A DNA stretch of 62,949 nt, filler included, from Trichomonas gallinae (Eukaryota), in assembly GCA_008369845.1 (NCBI GenBank). It is 6 parts of 6 records of this genome, joined end to end, with 100 filler letters (N's around TTAATTAATTAA, not from the genome) between each part and the next. Parts side by side here need not be neighbours in the genome. Positions count along the whole stretch, not along the records: positions 54,664 to 58,598 come from MRSU01001571.1; positions 58,699 to 62,949 come from MRSU01001573.1; 4 more parts are not named here. One strand, 5' to 3'. The notes under the pieces were generated by a model. The model ran no database searches. It had not been told where the DNA came from and was given only the letters and a program-made list of their open reading frames with translations. Shown here piece by piece: positions 55,438 through 62,949 of this stretch. The translations under genes were made by a program, and so were the position numbers. Each line of letters opens with the position of its first letter. The stretch's first letter is position 1.

Positions 55438-57029
55438 TTTCTAAACACATATATTTATATTAGTTATAGTAAAACACAAGCTGTTATCCGATAATTATTC
55501 GATAATAAAAATTGATTCACTCCCGATATTATTTCACGACGAATCATGTCTGAAGGATACAAATTGCCTCACAATCAACAAAATAGAGCTAATTTGCAAA
55601 ATAGAAAATAGTGATGCAAAATTATTGATTTAGGTGATGAAGACGTAAGAATCATATGAAGAATAACATGAAAATCAATCCAATAGGACTATACAAATAC
55701 AAAAATACATCAATTTGCCAACAATATAGATTAAAAAGAAATTGAAAATGGAAATATGTTTGTTTCAAGAGTTGAATTAGTCCATTGATGAACCAATAGT
55801 AGTTATGATGAAAACACACCTTCCATGATTTGATTTGTTGTAATAATTTTATTTTTATCTGAAAATATGGCTTAGCTAGGAATACTTGAAGATATGAATT
55901 AATCGAAACACAAGGAATTCATTTTTAATGGAATGATGAACTAATTTTCCTATTTTATTCATGAATTTTATTTTTAATTATTCAGTAACAAATAGATAAT
56001 AAAGAACTAATAGTTAGTTCATAGTCTAGCTACTGTATCCAAATCTGCTGTATTTCATATCAAAACATTATATTTTTTTGTTAAAAACTATGAACAGAGT
56101 CCTAGTTTCAACAGGCATTTCAAATAAACTGATAAAAAACAAGAATTGACAGATTTACTCGCTAAATAGAAGAAAGCAAATCAGTTGATATTAGGAAATT
56201 TCCTAAAACAAGGATTGCAACCGAATGCTTTCACTCTTCTATCCTCAAAAGCAACTTCAGTAGTTCTATGGGAGTTATCTGTCAATCTGACATCTTTTTA
56301 TCCTTACTTTGATGAAAAATTTTTGATTAAAATTCCTTGTCTAAATTTGAAACCTATACATACCAAGGATTCTAATAAACATCAAACTCTTAGTGATAGA
56401 AAAAATGAATCTTCACGCTTTCAATTTTTAAGAAGCATCACAGGAAAAGTGTCATTTTCATATTTAGCCACTACTGAAATAAGGAGATGAATCATAATAT
56501 TCAATTATTTTTTTTCAGCTATGAATTTTTTTTTCATTTTAAAAATGCTTAAGTAATGATTTTATATATATGGTCGAATTTTATCCTTTCAATCTGTGAA
56601 ACTTTTGAAATAAATTTTCGTTTTTTTTATAACACAGTTTTAAATAGGTATTAATAAACCAAAGATTATTTTTATTATAATTTTAGACCAATTTTTTAAA
56701 ACATCAATACACAGATAGATATGAATTAATAGATTAAATTTTTAAATGATCGTTTTTCTTTAGAATTTTATGGATTTCTGTACTTATAGTTTGGGTGGTG
56801 ATGTTGTAAAGATATATGAAGTTTAGCGAAATAATTAAGTTTGAAAGAGAACCGAGCCTTGAAAAAATAATTCATTTAAGTTGACCAATCATTACGAATA
56901 TATCCTACTAGTTAAGAAGTACCCGAAAATCATAAAATAGCAGATGAAATCCCGCTACTCCGCTGCTATTCAATTCTCTCAAAATTATTTAAATTATGAT
57001 TCTTCTCATTTTATTTATTTTCTTTTTTT

Positions 57030-57800
57030 ATGGCCCTGATGCACTTCCAACATTCTTTTGTCATCAATGATCTTTCCAAGGACACAGTGCACATCTCTGA
57101 TGACTTTAAAACGAGCATTCAAACAATGATCAAAAATTTGGATGGAAAACCAAATCAATTATATTCAATACAGTTCCTAACATCCAAATTTCACTTCCAT
57201 AAACGCCGTTTATATGATGTTCTCAATGTTTATGAATCAATTGGAATTTGCAAAAAATTAAGTGTTGATTCATTACTTTGGATTGGTTTTGCAAACATTA
57301 ATAAGACATTGAAACACATTGCAAACTGTTTCAAATTATTTGACGAAGGTTTTGATCTGAATAATCTTGCTTTAACAGAAAATTCGATCTCTATATCGAC
57401 TCTCACTCAAAGATTCTTATTATTGTTCCTCGCAATCAACGCCAATAACATAGATATTAAACAAAGCTCTAAGTTTCTATCCAAGAAAAATGATAAATAC
57501 AAGACTATATTGTGCAAGCTTTACCAGATCACATATATTCTTGAGTCATCTGATATAATATCAAAATCAAGCAAAACTGGCGAAGTTATATTTAATTCCA
57601 AATATTCAGAAATTGAAACAGTAGATAGCAATCAGCCACTATACATATTATCAGTACAATCTCTTCTTAACAACCATGATGATTCAAAGATAATGTACGA
57701 GAAGAGGAGAAATTATTTCGATTTAGAAACGATAGATGTTAAGCAAGACTACTTCCCAATTAGTGAAGGTTCGGATTCACCTTTATATGTTGATGTTTAA
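57030..57800 (+). CDS. E2F/DP-family winged-helix protein with two DNA-binding-like domains
   Basis: KRRLYDVLNVYESIGICKK...WIG is the canonical RRLYD motif. A second, degenerate domain reads SISTLTQRFLLLF...KLYQITYILESSDIISK. Confidence 0.8.
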   Translation: MALMHFQHSFVINDLSKDTVHISDDFKTSIQTMIKNLDGKPNQLYSIQFLTSKFHFHKRRLYDVLNVYESIGICKKLSVDSLLWIGFANINKTLKHIANCFKLFDEGFDLNNLALTENSISISTLTQRFLLLFLAINANNIDIKQSSKFLSKKNDKYKTILCKLYQITYILESSDIISKSSKTGEVIFNSKYSEIETVDSNQPLYILSVQSLLNNHDDSKIMYEKRRNYFDLETIDVKQDYFPISEGSDSPLYVDV

Positions 57801-58524
57801 GCGGACTTCCAGGAGAATCCACTTTGTTTTGTGTAAATAAAATTATTTAATGAATTAAATCATATAAATATAATATATTACCTGTGCATATGCATATTCC
57901 AAATAAAAAATAATGGTTTACGGTTAAGCAGTGGTTGAATATCACGTGTAAATCAAGGAAACTGTATTTTCTCGAAATAATCATTTAATCAGTGTGCTAT
58001 ATGCATGAGAAATTATCTTATAATAATGAGGTTAATATATACTCAAAATGAAACGTTAATTTCTTTGAGGTCTGTGATAAAATAAAATTCAAGGTATTCC
58101 AAAAATGAAATCCGTTTTAATGACCATAAGGTATGTGACTATAATGCAAACAATCAAATATTTTATGTTTTTTACATTCTTTGAAATCTAAATAATGAAC
58201 CGAATCACATTATCTCATACATTAGCACAACCAGTCAACCAGCAAGATTAGTTATGTAAAATCTGTTAATCACATAATATTTTGATTGTCGTTTTTTTGT
58301 GTTATAAAAAATTCAATGGGTAATGGGTATTTGTCACCCCTGGTTAATTTTTTAATACCCTCTTTATTTGATGATCATAAATTATATCATTATAGAACCA
58401 TTGGTAACCTGTTCAGCACTTATTAGCTCATGACAGTCCAACACTCAATAAATTCAATGTGTCACGCGATTCGACTAAAAATTTAATTTATTTAGTTTTT
58501 TGCTTCGTAAATCCCTATTATAGT

Positions 58525-58565
58525 CGCGGGATAAATAGGCAAACGCGGGATAAATAGGCAAACGC
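58525..58565. repeat. 19-bp perfect tandem repeat near the contig end (possible transposon subterminal repeat)
   Basis: CGCGGGATAAATAGGCAAA x2 plus CGC. Confidence 0.85.
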
Positions 58566-58598
58566 TATTTTGAAACGATTTTATTTTAGGTTATATAG

Positions 58599-58698
58599 NN
58601 NNNNNNNNNNNNNNNNNNNNNNNNNNNNNNNNNNNNNNNNNNTTAATTAATTAANNNNNNNNNNNNNNNNNNNNNNNNNNNNNNNNNNNNNNNNNNNN
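58599..58698. other. Artificial contig linker
   Basis: N44-TTAATTAATTAA-N44. Confidence 0.97.
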
Positions 58699-58734
58699 AA
58701 CGTTAGATGGAGCTGCAGGAGACGTTTTTAACAT
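58699..58734 (-). CDS. Possible 5' end of a gene running into the gap (MLKTSPAAPSNV...)
   Basis: ATG immediately after AAAAGTGAC on the minus strand; 12 open, relatively GC-rich codons to the contig edge. Confidence 0.3.
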
Positions 58735-58911
58735 GTCACTTTTAAAATTTTCCCAAAAAGTGGAGTTCCCCTCCTTTTCGCGGTTTTGTACGTTATTAAA
58801 AAAACGCAAAATTTCGTCCTCGGACGTTAAAAAGTGTTATTATACACCCTATAGGGATGCTACCATATTATTTGCTAAGCGTAAATTTGTATAGTTTTCA
58901 CCCGACCTACC

Positions 58912-59565
58912 TTTGCAATCAAGTGTGAAAAAACTAAAAAATTGCTATCATCTATCAATATAATTTATTTTTACGTCTCGTGATTAAAATCTTGTTGATA
59001 TTATATGGCTTTTCCACCGTTTTTAATTCAAAAATTGTGAAGGTATGCTTTGCATCATGTAGATCAAATCTGAATTTGCACAATTTTTACGCTTATATAT
59101 GTATACTTCTAGCTGATATGGTTATTAACTTTGCATAATAATAGAAAAGCTATTTGTTATATGAATAGTTAGCAAGAAACAAATTAATTTGTAGTATTTT
59201 TAAAGTATGAAAGATAAATTATAAAGATGGTCTTGGTTTACAAAGGTTTACAAAATTGAGAGAAAGTGGACTTTACATTTTGTTGTAACTCTAAATAATT
59301 TTATCTTCATTTTCATATAATACATAGCTATTCTATTATAATGCATGGTTGAGAATCATATTAACACGTAATATCCATATGAAAGCGAAAAAATTGGGCA
59401 AAATCAGATGTGATCTTCATGGTGCAAAGCATATCATCACAATTCATTACATTATAACGATGCAAAAACTCAATTATATCAACAAGATTTTAATCATGAG
59501 ACATCAAATCAATAATATTACTAAGTTATAGCGATTTTTTAGTTTTTTCACACTTGTTTTGCAAA
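58912..59565. mobile_element. Fold-back / non-autonomous element: ~250-bp diverged inverted arms around a ~145-bp spacer
   Basis: 58912-59165 is the reverse complement of 59309-59565, e.g. AAGTGTGAAAAAACTAAAAAAT vs ATTTTTTAGTTTTTTCACACTT and TAAAATCTTGTTGATAT vs ATATCAACAAGATTTTA. Confidence 0.75.
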
Positions 59566-59660
59566 AAATATTTGTCATTTTGAAAATTATTTTGTAAACT
59601 ATAGAATAAATATTTGACGTGTAAATATTTATTTGTCATTTTGAAAAGTGACAATTTAAA

Positions 59661-60248
59661 ATGTTTGCATTATTTTTCACGAAACTTGCTGAATCAGCGA
59701 TTACTCCTAATGGTCCAGTTCCTATTAGATACTATTCAGTAATAAAATTGCAGCATGCTAAAACAGGTTTAATGCTTTCTTCGATTGAATTAAACTATCA
59801 GACTGGAAGTACTCAGCAACTCGTTAGAGGAGTTAACAAAACAAAATATAGCAGAGCCGAAACATATTGGACAGTTTTTCCATTAGAAAATTCTACAATT
59901 CATCAAGGAGAAATTGTTAAATGCGGAGACAAGCTTAGATTCAAGCACACAGTTACAGGTAAAAACCTCCACTCTCATGCTATTGCAGCACAGCTCGAAA
60001 AAGGCTACGAAATATCCGCATTTGATGGAAGTGATCACGGCGATATCTGGGAAATCCAATGCAAGAATACAGATGTCATGATTGGTGAAAATGTTAAGCT
60101 TTTCCACTTAGATACACAATATTATCTTAATGCAAATGCAACTGGACTTTATATTCCAGAATTAATGGGAGAGCACGAAATCTATGGCTCAGAAACTCCA
60201 GAGGATACAGAATGGTTTGTTAGATATGGAATTTTCGTTTCAAAATAA
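59661..60248 (+). CDS. MIR-domain protein (SDF2-like)
   Basis: Signal-like N-terminus; three MIR repeats (IKLQHAKTG.ML.S...Y.TGS.QQ.V, LRFKHTVTGKNLHSH, VKLFHLDTQYYL). Confidence 0.85.
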   Translation: MFALFFTKLAESAITPNGPVPIRYYSVIKLQHAKTGLMLSSIELNYQTGSTQQLVRGVNKTKYSRAETYWTVFPLENSTIHQGEIVKCGDKLRFKHTVTGKNLHSHAIAAQLEKGYEISAFDGSDHGDIWEIQCKNTDVMIGENVKLFHLDTQYYLNANATGLYIPELMGEHEIYGSETPEDTEWFVRYGIFVSK

Positions 60249-60682
60249 TTATCATTCTTTGTATTGTCTATATATGTTTAAAATATCCTGTAATTTTCTA
60301 CAATATATTTCAAAATTTCGACCTGAAGCTGATCCTATCAAAGAAAAATTTTATCAATTTTCTAAAATATACATTCTAGCTCATACAAAAGAAAAAATCA
60401 ATATTTATCACCTATTTGAGATTGATAGAGCGTTCAACTGGTCAAATTAAACTAATATTCTGAAATCTGATAATATTTCGCGTATGATACAAAAATCTTC
60501 CAATAGAGAACTGCATTAAGTCAAGTAACTAATATTTAGCAATTTTTTTTTGATCATAATAAATAATTTAAATTTATATTTTTTCTTATTTTTGGAAGTG
60601 AGATTGAAATTATGCTTATCAAAAAAGAATATTTATCGTAACTTAAAAGAGAATAAAAATATAACACAAGGAAGTCTGTATT

Positions 60683-62059
60683 TCAATAATCGTCATCATC
60701 TTTGTCGTCTTCAGCCATTTTTGCGAGAAGTCTCTTGGCATAATCCTGTGCCAAGAACACATCTTGCTGCTGTCTGTCTATCTCTGCCTGGTACTCGAGC
60801 TTCTCTCTTTCCCTCTCTGCGGCCTCTCTCTCCTTCTTCTCGGCGAGCTGCCTCTTCTGGAACTCTGCGATTTCGCGCTGGTTCTGGAGCTTCTGGAGTT
60901 CTCTCTTGTAGGACTCCGCGTCCGCTTCGTCGTTTGTGTAGTCTGGATAGACCTTCTTCTTCTGGTCGCGCTTCTTGGCCTCCTGCTTCTGTTTCTGGAT
61001 TCTCATAGCGTCGAGCATATCCTTCTTTCTCTCCGCGATGAGTCTGTCCCTCTTCTCTGTCATCATCTTTATGTTGGCGAGCTCCTTCTGGTACTGGTCT
61101 TCGAGCTGCTTCTCCAGGAAGTCCTCCTCGACCTTCTTGTTCGATGCTTGGCGGGCTGCTTCGGCATCGATGAGAGCTTGTCTCGCGAGCAACTTTTCTT
61201 GCTTCTTCTTGGCTTCAATTCTACGGCGCTCATCTTCTTCGTCCATGTTCTTGATAGCCATATCGAGGATCTTCTTGTCCTCTGCCTTTTCGATTTCAGC
61301 TTTACGCTTCTTGAAGAATTCCATTTCCTTATTCTGCTCCATTTGTCTTTTGATCTCTTCTCTAGCCTTAACCTTGCGCTCGCGCTCGATTGCCTTGGCC
61401 TTTTCTTCTTCAATATGATATTCTTGGCGTAATAAGAGATCATCTTCCAACTGCTCTTGTTTTTCGCGGATTGTTTTCTGCAATTTCTCTTCGCGTTGTT
61501 TTCTGAATCCTTCTGCAACTTCAATGGCGCGCTGCTTACGCTCGGCGCGAATCCTTTCTTCCATCGCGCACATCTGTTCGTATTTAGCACGCTGAACCTC
61601 ATCTTCTTCGATTTGACGCTGCATTTCCATGATTTTACGACGCTCTGCAAAGGTTTCTTGTGCTTGTCTTTCGAGTTGAACTTCGTGGAGTAATAACTGA
61701 GCGTTAACTGCACGAACTTCCGATCTCTGTAAAAATCCTTTCTTTTTAGCTTCCGCAAGTGATGCTTGTTTTTTGAGTTTTTGGAATTTCTTTTCTTCTT
61801 CATCGATTAATATTTTTCTTTGTTCTTCTGCTTCTTTTTCTTTTTGAAGGCGTGTTTGTCTGTCGAGTCTGTTGCGAGCTACTGTGTTTTGCCAACCAGA
61901 AACAAGTGAAACGGTTTTTTCATGTCGAGTTCTGCTCATTTCAAGTTCCGGATCCAAGCCTTTCGGCTTGCGTGGTTGAGCCCTCTGCTTTAAGAGCTCC
62001 AATTGCTCTGGAGTGAGGATACTATAATTATGATCTGGAATTGGAACAGCTTGAGACAT
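60683..62059 (-). CDS. CFAP210: Trichohyalin-plectin-homology coiled-coil ciliary protein, CFAP210/CCDC173-like
   Basis: LVSGWQNTV...EAEEQRKILIDEEE...AKKKGFLQRSEVRAVNAQLLLHEVQLERQAQ matches the family N-terminal pattern; E/K/R/Q-rich coil. Confidence 0.7.
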   Translation of the reverse strand: MSQAVPIPDHNYSILTPEQLELLKQRAQPRKPKGLDPELEMSRTRHEKTVSLVSGWQNTVARNRLDRQTRLQKEKEAEEQRKILIDEEEKKFQKLKKQASLAEAKKKGFLQRSEVRAVNAQLLLHEVQLERQAQETFAERRKIMEMQRQIEEDEVQRAKYEQMCAMEERIRAERKQRAIEVAEGFRKQREEKLQKTIREKQEQLEDDLLLRQEYHIEEEKAKAIERERKVKAREEIKRQMEQNKEMEFFKKRKAEIEKAEDKKILDMAIKNMDEEDERRRIEAKKKQEKLLARQALIDAEAARQASNKKVEEDFLEKQLEDQYQKELANIKMMTEKRDRLIAERKKDMLDAMRIQKQKQEAKKRDQKKKVYPDYTNDEADAESYKRELQKLQNQREIAEFQKRQLAEKKEREAAEREREKLEYQAEIDRQQQDVFLAQDYAKRLLAKMAEDDKDDDDY

Positions 62060-62412
62060 TGTTGAAAAAACGTATTTGCAAAAAAACTGACACCAAAAAA
62101 ATTGTAACGAGGAAACGCTGAAATTTTAGCACAAAAACATACTCATCATACTGCTTAACTAGAAACAACTTATTTCGATTTTTACAAAAAATCTTTACGT
62201 GTCATATTGTCAGAAATTATAACTTTGGCTCAAAATCATTATGAATTGATTTCTAACACTTATTTCTATATTTTTGCTAAGGTTTAAACGAAAATACAAA
62301 AAAAGTCTTTCTTCTACTACTTCTCTGCATATAAAAGTCTTTATAACTTGTCTAATATTCACTTTTAAGAACTAAAATTTTAACCATGATATATATTATT
62401 TATTTGTAATAT

Positions 62413-62620
62413 CTATATGGAAGTGCATGGCATCCTTAAATCATTATACAGAAGGAGTTTTACAACTTCATGATGACCATTATTTGAAGCCCAAATCAAA
62501 GCTGTTCTATTGTAATTGTCTATTGCGTTGACATCTATTCCAGGAACTGTGAGAAGGAGTTTGACAGCTTCATGAAAGCCATTTTTTGAAGCATAAATCA
62601 AAGCTGTTTGGTTGTATTTG
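62413..62620 (-). pseudogene. Ankyrin-repeat fragment
   Basis: TAL/IYASKNGFHEAVKLLLTVPGIDVNAIDNYNRTALIWASNNGHHEVVKLLL; no proper start, truncated. Confidence 0.8.
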
Positions 62621-62904
62621 TTTATTGTGGTGTATCAATCTTGGAAAGATCACAATCATATCTTGGCTTAGCTCACAGTTTAATCAAAAAACACAGCTAT
62701 TATGTTTGTTTTTGTTGTTTTATATACTGTTCAAAGTGTGTGTTTATTATTATTCCGTAATTCTGGGATAATATTATATTTATCTCTCTGAATATCAAAG
62801 ATTTTTTTGAAATAATACGATAGCACTTTGTCTTATATGCCAATGCATCTGTCCACAGACTGTGCAATATTTTACTCAACTCTATACTAGTAAAACCCTA
62901 TGTT

Positions 62905-62949
62905 GTTTCATAAGTCAGGTCTGAAAAGTGACAATTTTTCAATACTACT
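62905..62949. mobile_element. Left end of a second copy of the 34060-34157 MITE
   Basis: GTTTCATAAGTCAGGTCTGAAAAGTGACAATTTTTCAATACTACT; identical to the 34060 copy except for one T in a run. Confidence 0.7.

Noticed and set aside
55547..56490. Short coding-like stretches and a 101-aa TTG-started ORF
   Set aside because: Interrupted or motif-less; not assignable.
1..62949. Prokaryotic systems (CRISPR arrays, operons, defence islands, rRNA)
   Set aside because: No repeat-spacer arrays or rRNA seen; gene content is eukaryotic and monocistronic.

Overview
AT-rich, apparently intron-less eukaryotic DNA, most consistent with a parabasalid (Trichomonas-like) protist. The evidence is BspA/GP63/Pmp-like surface genes, two-repeat Myb genes, a transmembrane cyclase, ankyrin debris and TCAYT/AAAGTGAC promoter motifs. 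The window is six contigs joined by an artificial N44-TTAATTAATTAA-N44 linker, so adjacency across the five gaps is not trustworthy. It holds about 25 genes or partial genes: V-ATPase proteolipid, B9D1, EMC7, an OYE flavoenzyme, Rab, kinases, a sugar transporter, PUS7, a TRPML-like channel, TFIIA-gamma, proteasome beta4, ZIP, an E2F-like protein, a MIR protein and a CFAP210-like protein. There is also one tRNA-Glu(CTC), several pseudogenes and DNA-transposon remnants. Most notable: (1) a decayed Mutator-like transposase apparently fused to UBA-like and ankyrin-associated domains, with a ~240-bp candidate TIR that recurs as a fold-back element on another contig; (2) a segment inside that element that reads as protein if TAA/TAG are Gln; (3) a V-ATPase proteolipid carrying both the c''-type and c-type Glu; (4) a DH(RhoGEF)-pseudokinase fusion; (5) a catalytically degenerate cyclase; (6) two short MITE families. 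All family calls come from motif recognition by eye; no searches were run.
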